A DNA stretch of 64,000 nt from Octopus bimaculoides. Lineage: Eukaryota. The DNA is taken from assembly GCF_001194135.2 (NCBI RefSeq), contig NC_068992.1, positions 4,913,493 through 4,977,492 of the forward strand, in the 5' to 3' direction. The stretch's first letter is position 1. The number at the start of each line of letters is the position of its first letter. Below, in pieces: positions 39,481 to 53,850 of the stretch. Both the position numbers and the translations under genes were made by a program. The notes below the pieces were generated by a model. The model worked only from the letters and a program-made list of their open reading frames with translations. It did not search any database and was not told where the DNA came from.

Positions 39481-42400
39481 CAGACTAATCTATTTATATG
39501 GTAACACATTCATCAAACAGACTCCGTTGTGTTGCACGCGATCTATGGCATGGAGCTCCGTCATGGTAAAAAATCTCACCCTCATCCAAGTCTGGTATCT
39601 TTTGTACAGAACTGTAAATACCGTTTTAAGATACAATTTAAAAGAAATTAATTACTCTTATTAAAAATAGTGGTTGGAATTTGTTTATATTCGGAGCAGG
39701 ATCCTAAGTACAGAATGATACTAAAGTCGTGTCACTATAAATATTAGAATACAAAGTATGCAAGCAAATCCACCTAAAGAGATTAGGATTAAACCAATGC
39801 TTCTTCGTAAAATTTGTATTTCTATAAAAAAAAATACAAAGGGAAACCTATGTCTTATTGAGGAAAACTAATAATCGTCTCATCACATAGTTACACTTTT
39901 CTAGCTAACAGTCCGAAATATATCAATATGATTTGACATTGCTAAATTTCGAACATGAAGTCATTGTATGCATATGTTCATATATGTATATGTTACGGTC
40001 AATACATCTAACAAGTCCCTCAGTACACCGCCATAGCAACATTGATCTTGGAGAGATTATGATTCAAATCTCAGCGTTATTTCATCGGGCGCTCTGAAGT
40101 GTAATTATGGTAGCTGTATATATCATGTATATACATATGTGCGTGTGTGTGTTTGTGTTTGTGTGTGTATATATGCGTGTGTGTGTATATGCGTGTATGT
40201 GTATATGCGTGTGTGTATGTGTGTAAAAACATAATATATATACCGGTATTAAATTAAGAGAAGAAAATGGGGAGTTAGTGGTTAATACTTATTTAATAAT
40301 AAATTGATAATATGTACAGAGAGAGAGAGAGAGAGAGAGAGGGGGGAGAGAAAGAGGAGGAGAGAGGGGGAGAGAATCTCTTCTCAGTGAACGCCTAAAC
40401 CCTTGTCTGACGATACTCAATAAACTTCTGTATACTTTCTAAGTCTATGTATAATGGATCTATACGACTAAAAAACATACGAATTCAATAGCGATAAAAT
40501 ATCTTAGGTTCTTTGTCTGCCACTGATCAACGATAAAATGTTCTAGGAGCTGCAGCCATGTTTCAGATAAGTCTCTTCATTTGCAAAATTCTGTATTGAT
40601 CGAATATTTTCTCACCCGTAGTAATTTTACTTCATTTATGTCGACAATATCGCTAATGTCCTTTCTAAATTGATAAAAATCACTTTATTCGACCAAGACT
40701 TTATGTCTATGTGAAAATTAATGTATTAGCTCAAATACATGTGTGCACAAAATATAATATCCTATTAACCGCATTATAAACGAAGTTACCATATTTCGTA
40801 TCGCCTAACAAGTTTAATGTTTGTATATTTTAAAGAAGATATTACATAGCTAAACATTTTACGATCTATGACCTTCATAGACCATTATATTTTTTTTAAA
40901 TATATATTACTCTGTAATACTTATAATCGGTATTCTTTCTGTAAGAAAGCTCAATAAAATACCTCTTATATTGTAACACCATCAAACAATTAAATATAAT
41001 TTCAAAAGATTTCCCTCTTTTATATTATTACACTAATGAACATAGGCCTACATGTTAATTTTGAAATCTTAATGTAGCTCGACGTATAAACCTTTGATAT
41101 ATTTCATTGTCGGAGCATAATTTTCTTTATTTTTCTTTAAAACCATAAAACCTTTCTAAAGTAACAAGTAAATTTAGGATAAGCAGGTGAGTTGTTCAAG
41201 CATTAGGTACTGTATATAAATGAGCCTCATTTCCCGTTTGATCTAGCGAAGCGATTCAGCGACAATTTCCATTAGACGTAGCTAAAAGACGGCAATTTAA
41301 AATAGTGATGTGATAGATGATCAGTTTGGCCAGTTAAGAAACTCAAGTTAATAACATGCTTAGATCCTGAACAACCAGGTCACCAAAATAGTACAGCTTG
41401 ATATGATAATAAAACAGCCTGTCACATATAGCATTTCGCATCAACCTTTCATGACATTATCTCTATAATTTTATCATATCTTATAATTTCTATTATGAGA
41501 AGTCAAATCATACGTAAGAAGATAAAAGGAGAACTTTGTGAGAGATACCTGCTAATGAAAGCGCTAAAATGATTTTGACAGTTAATCACCCAGTGTGGAT
41601 AAACTGAATTTAGGGAGATATATTTATTCATCTTTTATGCTGTATCTGTCATGGAAACGACCGAGAGATATTACAGTTCAATCAGCTTATATCTATTGAC
41701 AAAATACTTTATCGATCATGGCTTAAATTGATATTATTTTTCATATTAGCAATGTCAATAATATGCTACTCTTCTAAAAATAGCTCATGATATATATTAA
41801 ATGAAAAACATGCTTTAAACTATTATTCTAATTTTTCTGGTAAAAGTTTTGCAGATTCATTCATTTGAAAAAGCATTTAAGCATAAATTTCCTTCAAGAC
41901 ATGATTTCATATTGCATAAAAATAGATAGACAGATGTAAATGAAATAAATAGATAGAACGATTGATAGATAAAAACATTCGAAAAATAACAAATGAGTAA
42001 GTAAGATAATGATATGAGAATTAATATATAGTCACATGTTTTTTGTGATATGTAGCGTTGTATGTGTAGTACTAAAATAACATTCGATTTGTATGGCTAA
42101 TAAAGTGAATGTCATGATCTACTCGGTAATCACCACATAATTTGGTACTGCTAAATGTGGGTTCTATATATCCGTCTCTAGGTATCTGTAAAGTAAATAC
42201 ACGTCGACTGCATCAAATCGTAAACAATGAGGAAGTACAAACTAAAGATAGGATATATGAAAATAAAAATCAAAAACAAAAATCAAAAAGTAGGGAAAGA
42301 AATAATTAACTTTCCACAATGCAATTTGCACAGAGCTATAACTCGCAATTTGTAATTTAGTGGGACAGCTTGAGTAAAAATTAAAATTTTGCGAGAAAAA

Positions 42401-42848
42401 TAGAGCAAATGAAACCTTAGAACAAAAAAGATTTGAATTTTAATTCAAAAGCAGAAGAAAATTAAAATTTATGATGACAGCAACAAAGAGCTAAAAGAAA
42501 AAAATAAGTATAGGAAATATTCCTGCTAATCTTAAATGCATATGACAATGTTATCCAAAAGTAAATTTATGACTAAATAAGAGCTATGTTGCATTAAGTG
42601 TAAAATATAAAATTTACACATATATTTAGATAAACAAATGAGTGAGTCATTCAACATTTTCTGAGATACGCGCGTATTAGAGTGAACAGTAACAGCTTAT
42701 GATAGATGCCTCAGTAGAAATTCAAAATATCACATATCAAAACATATATACATGAATATGCACATATATTATATATGTTGATATGTGTGAGTTTGCTACT
42801 CTCTCTGTGTGTTTATGGAGACAGATATAGACAGAAAAACAGACTGGC

Positions 42849-42894
<46 letters not shown>
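42849..42894. repeat. (GATA)n microsatellite
   Basis: Directly visible. Confidence 0.95.
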
Positions 42895-42895
<1 letters not shown>

Positions 42896-43340
42896 GAGAT
42901 AGATAGACATTAAATGTATTCCTATATATCATATTTGTTCAGAAAAAGTACTTTTGGTTTAGGTTCGTGCAATATATGACCCGTAAAATTTGTTGCAGAA
43001 AATTTATAGAAATATAAGATTCCAAACGGATGTCAACATTTTATGTGCAACAGTTGGCATACTAGCGTCTACTCAAGAATAACCTAACACGATAAAGAAG
43101 TGTTAGGTAGTTCTTGAAAGAAAAAGCGCCCTCTGCTAGGTTGTTTGATACAAGAATACATATTCAAACATTCTAACTGAACAGGCTGTTTGGCAAGATT
43201 CTAAGTTTATTTCACTGAGAAGTTTGCTGAATTTATTTAGTTCCATTTGGCAGGTATCTTTTCAAATCACTGCAATGTTTTATATAGAGAAAACATTTTA
43301 TTAATTGTAAACTGGAAAAAAAATGTTTTCCGCATTAGAT

Positions 43341-43497
43341 TCTTTCAGTCTGCGTCTTCCAAATTCACTCACAAGACTTTGGATGACCCGTGATCATAGG
43401 AGAAGGAAACTTTGCCAGGTGCCACGTAGAGAACCTACACACGACACCATGTATTTGAGAAGCAAAAGTTGTACCACTCATTCATTTCTACGCCTAT
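43341..43497 (-). mobile_element. SINE family B head and core, diverged copy
   Basis: TCTTTCAGTCTGCGTCTTCCAAATTCACTCACAAGACTTTGG...CCAGGTGCCACG...ACCATGT is a diverged rc of the 20021 copy. Confidence 0.65.
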
Positions 43498-43713
43498 GCG
43501 TTTGTGCGTGTGTGTGTATATGTGTATATATGTGNNNNNNNNNNNNNNNNNNNNNNNNNNNNNNNNNNNNNNNNNNNNNNNNNNNNNNNNNNNNNNNNNN
43601 NNNNNNNNNNNNNNNNNATATATATATATGCAGATCTATATCTATATACATACATACAAATATGCAGCCCTCCCACAGACACAGACACACACAGACACAC
43701 ACATATATATATG

Positions 43714-43875
43714 CAGCAGGCTTCATTCAGTTTCCGTCTACTAAATCCAATCACAAGGTTTTAATCAGCCCGAGGCTATAGTAGTAGACACTTGCCCAAG
43801 GTGCCGTGAAGTGGGACTGATCCAGGAACCATGTGGTTAGTAAGCAAGTTACTTACCACACAGTCAGTCCTGCAT
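43714..43875 (-). mobile_element. SINE family B head and core
   Basis: CAGTTTCCGTCTACTAAATCC...CCCGAGGCTATAGTAGTAGACACTTGCCCAAGGTGCC...GTGGGACTGA...AACCATGTGGTTAGTAAGCAAG. Confidence 0.85.
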
Positions 43876-43924
43876 ACTTTTGTAATTGCCTCAGCAACTT
43901 AGCATAGACCTTTATTTCTTAATA

Positions 43925-44150
43925 TGGTCCTCCTGAAAACAATCGATATAAATGCTTTTTGTGTTCCAAAAAACTGAGGCCATCACCTTCTTTGAAGATA
44001 AAGTGAGCTTCATCTTCCTTGGAGTAGGTGAGGAGAGGCATCTCCACTGTGTGGACTGTCTATTTGTCTGCGACTCAATGTAAGGAATCCAATACTCATA
44101 TTGCGTTAGGAAACGTTGAAAAAGACCAGCTGGATCTGCCTCAAGCAATG
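43925..44150 (-). mobile_element. mariner transposase catalytic-domain fragment (irritans-like)
   Basis: ADPAGLFQRFLTQYEYWIPYIESQTNRQSTQWRCLSSPTPRKMKLTLSSKKVMASVFWNTKSIYIDCFQE matches FL.R..T.DE.W......E..RQS.QW....P.PKK.K...SAGKVMASVFWD..GI.FID; first catalytic D lost. Confidence 0.8.
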
Positions 44151-44164
44151 TCAGAATTTCCAGC

Positions 44165-44420
44165 AGAGTTATCGACTTTGATCGAAAGAACAATGCTGTT
44201 ATTAATAAGAAGAGGGGCAGGCAATATTTATTTGTCTAGTGACTGTAGTGAAAGAAGTATTATGGCTGACCCATTTGAAAGGGCTAAAGACAGGCACTTC
44301 CCTCTTTGCCCAAAGCCCTCACCCACTTTTTCAAGTTTCATTTGAGAAGGAAGGTGAGGGTGGAGAGGGAGGTGTTGCCTTGTAGTAAGTTTGTTGAGAG
44401 GTGGGTGAATGTTGGAAGAA
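44165..44420 (-). mobile_element. Possible degraded LINE (CR1/Jockey-like) reverse-transcriptase N-terminal fragment
   Basis: Minus-strand PSQMKLEKVGEGFGQRGKCLSLALSNGSAIILLSLQSLDK loosely resembles FP..WK.A.V.PIPK.GD.S...NYRPI.LLS..SK; highly degraded. Confidence 0.3.
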
Positions 44421-46041
44421 TGGCCAGTGTAAAAGAATGGCAAATTTTGTAAGAATGGCCAGTGTGAAATAACCAATTCTGAGCATACACCTGTAAAAAG
44501 AGAATTAAAGAAGGGCTCTTGCCCTGTTGATCAGACACCCGTGGCTTTTGTGGGTTTTCCATGAGGACCTTCAAGCGTTTCCCCTATTAGGAGTTTTAAT
44601 GTGTTTAATTTTTTATTGTTATTTATATTGTTTACACGCGGAAAATTCATTGTATTGTACAGTTTTTGTCTTTTATGTTGTTGCATGTCATTTAATGTTA
44701 TTTTATGTGTGCCTTTGTGCCTAATAAAAGAATAAGTTATTAATAAAGGATTTGGAATTAATCCATGTAGATTTCACAGCTGTAGTACCATTTCCTCATT
44801 GTCAGCATATGAAGTTTTCAGACCACTCTCGCACATCGATTTCCAAGTAGAGCTAAAAAAAAAAAAGACCCCTCGTTAATAATTCGTCAAATGAAAAATT
44901 GAAAATTGAAATAATACAACTTTACGCAGGATGTTGCTACACACGCTTGTGCGCGCGCACGCTTCTCATACGTGGCTTTCTTAATAGCTATTTTCCCGGC
45001 TTTTCATTTCTTTCTGTCGTAGAGAACAAAAGTACATTTGAACTCCGTACGCTAAATATAGCAATAATAGCCAAGTGCTCGTTTACTTATGTAGGTAAGC
45101 ATATATGCATATGTAATTCATGTATAAACGTATGCGCGTCTATGTACATACATATACGCCTGTATGTATAACGTGCGCGTTTATACGCATCTATTCATAG
45201 ATGTATATATATGTGCATATGTATATATGTATATATGATGTTATCACGCACACATATGTTTGTGTGCATCTTTGTTTGTATATATGCATGTGTGTGTGTG
45301 TGTGTATGTGTGTGAGTGTGTGTATGTTGTGTGTGTGTTTATTGCTCTATCTCTTGGTGTTTGTCCAGTAATTGGCCTAAAGTTCGATTAAGAGGGCGAT
45401 TTCCTATATGAATTACTGTATGTTAAGAGTTATTTTTCCATTACACATATACTGATAACTTAATTCCAAGGTGGAAACTGTGCGACACTTCTTGACAAGT
45501 CTGATTTACAAATCCCGCTTACGGGATGTTTCTTACAAAACTATATAAATAAATACAATTCTCATAGTCCAGTTATGCTGTAGCTCAATTATAGCTGTAA
45601 TGGGTTAGAAAATCGTCGGAATTCACGGTCGTCATAGCACTGAGAACTATCTTCCAACTTGCTTGTTTTTGTTTTACTGTACATGGATTACATACATTGT
45701 AGTTGCATGCCAATAGGATATATAATCTCTGTAATATTCGCATTTCGATGTTTAATATCTTCACTCTTCACAATACACTTTATGGTCTTTTGTGCTCTCA
45801 TCAAGAAGATATATATTGAAACTTTCAGCCATTAGCTGATGGATGTTTCACATTGACGTTATTCTATGATGTTCTTGCTTATAAATTCATCAACACCATT
45901 TTCTCAGTGACACACCCACACAAACACACACATGTATATATGTTATACTTTTGACAATGTTGTAGTTACAAGTACATCAAAATAAAATAACAGTTACATA
46001 GCTAAATATATACAGATAGACACATGTGTATGTATTCATAT

Positions 46042-46205
46042 AGGGGGAGAAGTCACAAAATAAAAACAAAAGACGAAGACAAGTGGTGTAGACAACAAAC
46101 AAATGTATTAGTATAACGCTCAGGAAGTGAAAAAGCCTACGCTCTTTAACAGAAAGGAACACAGAAAGAAATAATGAGAGAAAATAAAGAATGTGTAGTG
46201 GCTAG
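46042..46205 (+). repeat. Interspersed repeat family F2, copy 3
   Basis: Aligns with 27415-27590 over ~150 bp. Confidence 0.75.
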
Positions 46206-46320
46206 CGATCTATCATGGCGAATATATGTATTTATATACATGTCCATATATATAATATGTATGGGCAAATATAGAAAATATGTATTAGTAGAAAATGTCA
46301 CCACGAAATTTTGTATGTCA

Positions 46321-46420
<100 letters not shown>

Positions 46421-46887
46421 GTGTGCTCACACGTGTGTTTGGGAAAAAATATATATAGCGTGCTACATATATGGTTCTTTTTTGGTATATGATGTAAATG
46501 TATATCTAAAATATAATGTTTTCATGAGAACATGAATGAGAAGGTAGTTACCCTTTGATTAGAATGAATCAAATGCGCAACATCGTTCAGTTTTCGTAGT
46601 TCAAATATGTAAATTGTTGCATTTGTAGGGCATCGCGCGTGAAATCGTACGAGGCGAACTATAGACAAGTACTTTCATTGCAGAGTAGTTATTGAGCTGC
46701 TGCACAGAGAAGTGACTTGGGGCTAGGCAGCAAACGAGATCAAAGTTAAGATGGCTGATGGTAACATCTCTTACGCTGTAGATGATTAACACAGAATAAA
46801 CAACACTGCAACACACTCTCATGTGTGTTTAATTTAATCTAAACATTCATATTCATGTACACTCATATATATTCATGGATGTATGTA

Positions 46888-46945
<58 letters not shown>

Positions 46946-49900
46946 CATATATATGTGTGTGTATGTGTGTGTGTGTGTGTGTGTGTGCGTATGTGTGTAT
47001 GTAAGTGTGCGTGTATAACGATCTGTATAAGTACCCGCGTGAGTCCTGTATGCGTAGAAGAAGACAGGAGGACTAGAAATAAGTTATATCGAAATGTAAA
47101 TCAAATTTATCGGCGTGCAACTTTGCTAAATAGGAAATGACAGGTGCCAATGAACAATTCATGAAACAAGGACGAATCTCTGCATCATTTGCTTGTGACA
47201 TGTTTCAGATTATAAAATGCTGCTTTACAATGTGTATATGAATATACGTATGTATGATTCTCAGTCCATGTGAAACTAAAATCAGATTTAGCTTCAATCT
47301 AATTCAGGGAAAGTTGTCCTAAATATTACAAAATATAGCTCTTCTTTATCACGTATGCATGTGACAACTTTATTAAATTATCTGCTGGTTTTCTTTCGTC
47401 ATCGTTAATTAATGTTGTCATGTACATCACCCAATTCTAAATTCTGCATGTAAAAATAAATATGTTATATTGAGATAACATTTATTTTCAGAGATTGAGT
47501 TAAAATATCGCATGTAAAAGCACAGTGATTGTAGTAACTAAATGGACGTTTACAAAATAGAAGGTCCTTAGAGGAAACCTAGAAATATACGCGTTCACTA
47601 ATAGAACAAGGAATTCCGTAGTTTTCCTGACCAAAACAAACCTATCTCACAACGCATCAAGCAGATAAACTGCAACTATCCAAATGTTATAATTATACGA
47701 ATACACATAGTTCTAAATATATACGTGCGTGTATGTTTCTGAGTGTATGTGCATGTGTGTGTGTGTGTATGTGCAGGCTTGTATTTGTGAGTGTATCTTT
47801 GTTTATGTGAGATGATAGACGGATATTGTGGATTTTATGCAGGACTCCTCTGTATGAAAAATTTTCAATGCTGCGCATTATTTGCTCGAATTGTAAATCG
47901 TTTCATCTTTCTCTCTCTTTTTCTCTCTCTCACTTTCTCTCTCTCTTTTTCTCTCTCTCACTTTCTCTCTTTCTTTTTGACCCTCTCACTCAATTTATAG
48001 ATGGGGGTCCATGGTTGTCTCCATAGAAACTGTATTTTTCGATATAGGAGAAATTACAAGAAACCATTTTAAGGAAAACAGATAATGGGGAATATACAAT
48101 TTGAAATTATGCTGCCATTTATGTATTTCTTTTTTGCATACGTAAAGTATCCTCCGCTATCATGGTACGTCTTTCGCATAATTTAGTGCATTGCGATGGT
48201 AGAATCCATGAAGGGCTTTATCAGGGAATTTTAACTGCTAATTTGATATCTTAGAAATGGAAAATATTCCAAACCACATCATTTTAACTTTTTAATTTAT
48301 TTGTTTATTCAACCGCAAGGTGGAATCGATCTAAACATAGCCCAATCTAATCTTTTAATCCTACTGGTTAAAGGGAGAAATTAGCTGCAATAAATGTAGG
48401 TCACATTACCATTCATCACTTTTGGATTCTTAAGATCAATTTACCTTAATTCGTGCTTGTAGCTTTGCCGTCATTCGATGACTAATATTCTCACTACACC
48501 AAAGACCATCCCTATAATTATTGTTTTTACTGCTATTATATATCACTTTATTATTATTTTTAATAATTATTAATATGCGTAGATATTTCTTCATTACTGT
48601 TCATATAAACTAATTTAATTTTATGGATATCCAATTAATTGCTTAGCAATATTTTGCTCTATAATATTTATATTCAGCTATATTAAATTAAAATTTACAT
48701 TTCTAACTAATCCTATACGCCAGTCTTATTCTCACGCACACACACATATACACATATACACGTGTGTATAGATGGGTGTATAGATGGGTGTATGTATATG
48801 TATATGTGTATATACCTACATACATCTATACACACATATACATATATACACGCTTTGTCACTAACTCATTTGGCAACCAAATTTTAAAAAAAAACTCTTA
48901 ACAGTTATATACTGCTAACAGTGTATAGTTATATATATATATATATATATATATATGCGTTCATATGCATACTAATCTGCACATACTCACATACACACAC
49001 ATAAATATATCATTCAAAAACTGTAGTGTTTGAATAATATTCTTAAGGGCGACATTTACATACGTGGAGTCTTTTCGGCGCTTTTTCACGGTCTCAGTTC
49101 GGAACCAATGTTAAAACTGATAATAGTGCTATACTAGTTACCCCCAGGTTATATTTTGGCATACAAATATTGAAATTTGGTTCAGTGGAAAATAAATTAT
49201 GTTAAAATTTGTGAGGTCCAAAAGGAGGAGAGTAACGCGAAAGTTATACTCTGAATTAAAGTAACTTTCTTATTTTAAAAGCAAATCATATTTCCCTTAA
49301 GCTTAATGGATAGAACGAAACGAGAGGAATCTGAAAATGTCAATTTTATTGGAATAATCTTAAAAATAAACAAGCTGTGAAACCAAAAGTAATGCAGCTA
49401 ATAGACTTCGAATTGAAAAAGAAACAAATCATTCTGAAATGCAGAGCAATCTATATTTTATTTAAGCTCAAATTATGACTCAAAACAAGAGGAATCTAAA
49501 AATGCGAATTTTATGCAATAAAATTTAGTAGGAAAAAGTAGATGGCGCTTAATCGATTGATTTTTTAAAAAATATTATATAAATTATATAAACTATTATA
49601 TATGAAATATACACAGTTGTCTCCCTTGTATCAGAGTAACATTTTTGTCATTCTTTTCTCAAATTTGGCACGAGTGTTTACCTATTTATTAGTGAAACAG
49701 ATGTTAGTTTGTTTTTCAATAGACATACACGAGGATATAAACATATTCATTTTCTGCAAGGCGAATGAGTTGATGTGTTTCTAGTGTTTGCAGAAAATTC
49801 TCTAACTTTTATTCTATTATTATTTAGAGGTAAATGTCCGATACATCATGATCAAATTTGCTGCAATTTCGTGTAACAGAGGCAACCAAAATTAAGTGAG

Positions 49901-50843
49901 AGATTATCACAGACCCACCAGATCAAAAAGTGTAATCACTTGAGCACTAAATTTAATGTAAATATCACGGTCAGAAAGAACAGGAATGAACTTAATCTAT
50001 TTTCCTGTCTCCCTGTGTAAAATGAACGTGTAGTTCTATTATTTTGTATATATGTGTTGTATGAGAGAATGATTCATTATGTATGCGTATATGTTTATGG
50101 TTATTACAATGAAAATGCATCGGAGTTTACTTTTTAAAAAATACAGCCAAAGGTTATTGACTTGAACTAAAAGAAATAATCACCTAATTATTTGCTTTTG
50201 CGGTTTCTCCGTCGTACTTTTGCGGTTTCTCTTGTTGTACTCTACGTGTTTCTTTAAAATATGGTCTAGTACATTTTTTATTTGATATTTTTAACCATTT
50301 CATTCCATTTGTGAGTGTGGTTTTGTTTCTATCCATAGGTATGTGTGTGTGCATGCATGTGTGTGTGCATGCATGTGTGTGTGATGGTTGCGTGCGTGTG
50401 TGTTTGTTTTGTACTTAGTTATCTACTTATGTAGATTTTGAAAGAGATGATGACCCATTAATATTGTTATTGAAAATTAAATCGTAAAATCTCCCGTGGT
50501 TTGCATTATTTGTTGTGTTCTGTATAATCTTATTTTGTATATTCTAATATATAAAATGAATTAATACAGACATTATTTGTCTCTTCTTTTCATTATCTTT
50601 TAACTCGGCCTCACTATTTCCCTCTATGTATTAAAATTAAATTGATTTAGGTAAAGTCTTATTTATTTAGAGAGAACTTCCTATTCCAAGAAAAATATCT
50701 AACTAATTTCCAGGCATGGTTTTATTTCGTTTTCCACCTTAGCTGATATTTAAAATTTCTTAAAATGTTTTTCGGCCGTACGGCATTGGGAGCATCCATG
50801 AATATTAGCTGTGCCTGTGTATGTATATAAATATATATGCATG

Positions 50844-50876
<33 letters not shown>

Positions 50877-52149
50877 TTGCAGTTCGCTGTTTTATAAAAC
50901 AAAATTATTTTCTCTTCGTTTTATTGTTCATTAATGTTGAATAATAATGAACTGTGTGTCAGCCTAAAGTACGAGGAACGAGCCGTAATCAATACGAGAA
51001 CAGTTTACTTGAGCCAATAAAGGTTACATAAGTAACATTACTGGTAAAAGCATTGCGAAATTGGCTTTGATTTATTGACATAATCTGATATTATTACTGA
51101 ATCTTTTGTACTTTAGGAAACTACAAGTTTATTTAGCCAGATTTCTTGTTAACTCAGATCATAATATCGTAGACCTTTTCAATAATTGTCGAAACTAGAG
51201 TAATATCCAATGCTTTGTATGAAGAATATGCTTTTACGAGCCACAGTCTGAAATTGGTTGCTTGTGAATGTTTCCATCACAATTTTATTACTTGCTCATC
51301 ACTAACAAACATTATTGTTTCTCGACAAATACTGATACTAAAAGAAGCTAACAACTATTTAATAGTATCTAGAATTACTGACCTTTTCACTAATATCGCA
51401 AATTGAAGTGAGTCTTTGAGGAAATAGAGAAAAATACTATATATTGAAAGACCGATAAAAATTTAAACAGATTTCTACGGTTGCTAACAAGTTCAACTAC
51501 ACTGCAACATTTATAACCTTCATAAATTTTCTTCTCTTCAGTAGATTTCTTAGTCTCAAATTAGATTTATCTTTTCGTAAAATATTATTGGTAAAATGTC
51601 TCCTAAAATGATATGCACTGAAATGAAAGCCATACTCAAATAAATTTCAATTGCTTAAGTTTGCAAAATATTCTCAACTGTGAGGTGGAAAATGAATGCT
51701 ATATTTGTCTCACCAATTCACATTATCTTTCATTCCGTTTCTCACCTACCTCTGTTCTTTGTATATTTTTGTATATATTTCCATCCATACATATCTCTAT
51801 CTATTTATTTACCTATGTGTGGCTTTTATAATGCGTGTGTCTAGTTGTGGGAATGTGTGTTTGCATGCGCGTGATTGTTAACACGTGTGTATGTGGGAGT
51901 GTTTATGCGTGTGGGTGTTTGCGCATGTCGTCCATTTATGTGAGCTAGTGAACTTATGTATGTATGTGTATACTGTGGGCGTATGGTAACTAGTGCGCGT
52001 GCACTTGCTGATATAGTATATTTATAAATATATCAAAAACTCATTTGTACAAAAGCACAAATCTGGAGGAGCAAACTCCAAGATTTCGAGCAGTTGACAT
52101 AATAATGGAGGCGGCCGGTTTATGGGATAATCCTGTTTCTCATCCATAA

Positions 52150-52960
52150 AGGGTTTAGCCTTACGCCGTATCTTCAGACCTCAAACCTGCTGGTCTAAGA
52201 TCTCATGAAAATATGGTAAACAATAGGTGATTATCTCCCTTTACCAGTGACTATCAATTTCCGGCAAATACAATATGAGTCTTCAGTTGCTCCCATAAAT
52301 TCCGAAATAAATTTAAGGATTTACGGAAGGTAACAGCTGGGAACAAAAAATGAACGTTGGAAACATACAAGGAAAACGAACGAAAACAAATATGAAGGGT
52401 CCTTAGACCAGGACGAGAGGAAAATATTGAACGGTGGAAGAAATATTTTCTTTGAAAAGAGAAAAGATAGAAGAGAGAGGAATACGTCCAGTCCTTTGAA
52501 CGTCCGTGCCGCCGACGACAGATGAAGGGTCTTTCTCTGTGATTACTTGCACTGTTTTCAATTTCTCTCCAGTTGTTTCGGTATTTAACTTGTTTGCTTT
52601 CGTATTTCATGTTGTTTATTCTCTCTCTCGCTGTCTTTTCCTCACGTCACTAAATTTCATTTCTTTTGTTTTCGTTCATTTTCCTTGTATGTCTCTACTG
52701 TTATATTCTTGTTCCCAAATTTGACCCTCAATAAATCCTAAATGTTATTTTGGAATTTATGGGAGCAACTTTCTTCGTAAACTTGTATTGTCGTTGAATG
52801 TTCGAAACGAGGAGTAGATAGACAACCCACAACTAATGCAGAGTCATTCACTGTATTTACTTGCCCGGTTTTCCATTTTGCCTCTCGTTGTTTGTGTATT
52901 TTACTCGTTTGTGTTCGTATTTCACACTGTTTACACAGTTGGTGACGCCCTGTACCCATA
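52150..52960. mobile_element. Two inverted copies of repeat family F1 (possible Penelope-like inverted pLTR arrangement)
   Basis: 52285-52323 AGTTGCTCCCATAAATTCCGAAATAAATTTAAGGATTTA vs rc of 52732-52770 AGTTGCTCCCATAAATTCCAAAATAACATTTAGGATTTA; similarity continues inward (GGGAACAA, ACATACAAGGAAAA, GAACGAAAACAAA). Confidence 0.6.
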
Positions 52961-52965
52961 TATGA

Positions 52966-52997
<32 letters not shown>

Positions 52998-53619
52998 TGT
53001 AGTCTCTTGGGTAAAAGGAATATGCAGCATCTATTATATACACAGGCAACAAGAACTCTACCTCAACGCGTTTATATTGATAGTCAAGGAAACATACTCT
53101 GTACTGTATTAATTCAAATCACAATAAAAAATTAATAATCATTTTGCTCTTTCATTCATACGTCAATTCAATAAAGTAATTCCTATTTTATTTAACTTTC
53201 TCTGTAGTTCAACGTTCAAATAATATTACTTTATTTATTACGTGGGATGTTTTAGAATGTTGGCATAAGTAACATCACAGTTAATACAACATAAAAGAAC
53301 TGCAGGTGAAATAAATCTTCTATGGCAAGTCTAAACTGAATTCCAATTACACTTGATTCTATTGTGTTTGTATAGTTTACTAACATCAGCAAACATTTAC
53401 TCATTATTTGTGAATATTACCACTGTATAGTAAGGAATAAGGAAAACAATTTCTTAGCGTTAAATGTATTAATTAAAGTCTTGAAAACAATATATTTTAC
53501 TGTAATAATTAATGTCATGAATTTAATTCAATATAAATTCATTGTTACAAAAGCATAGAATATTCTTACACCCACCGATACCATATTAACACGCACAAAG
53601 AACTCACACATATATGCAT

Positions 53620-53639
53620 TACATACATACGTACAAACA

Positions 53640-53673
<34 letters not shown>

Positions 53674-53729
53674 CATACATACGTACGTACAATCATACAT
53701 ACATACATACATACATACATACGTACAAT

Positions 53730-53761
<32 letters not shown>

Positions 53762-53805
53762 CATACATACGTACGTACAATCATACATACATACATACAC
53801 ACACG

Positions 53806-53839
<34 letters not shown>

Positions 53840-53850
53840 CACATATATAC
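53620..53850. repeat. (TACA)n tract with higher-order structure, grading into (CA)n
   Basis: CGTACAATC interruptions ending at 53694, 53730 and 53782. Confidence 0.9.

Noticed and set aside
41178-41186. Possible 9-nt microexon (TTTAG|GATAAGCAG|GTGAGT)
   Set aside because: No pyrimidine tract next to the acceptor and competing AGs just upstream.
45690-45710. miR-33-like 14-mer CATTGTAGTTGCAT
   Set aside because: Seed mismatched and no complementary arm or hairpin nearby.
46684-46760. Possible 5' exon ending AAGATGGCTGATG|GTAACA
   Set aside because: All frames contain stops, the donor is mediocre, and nothing else supports a start exon.
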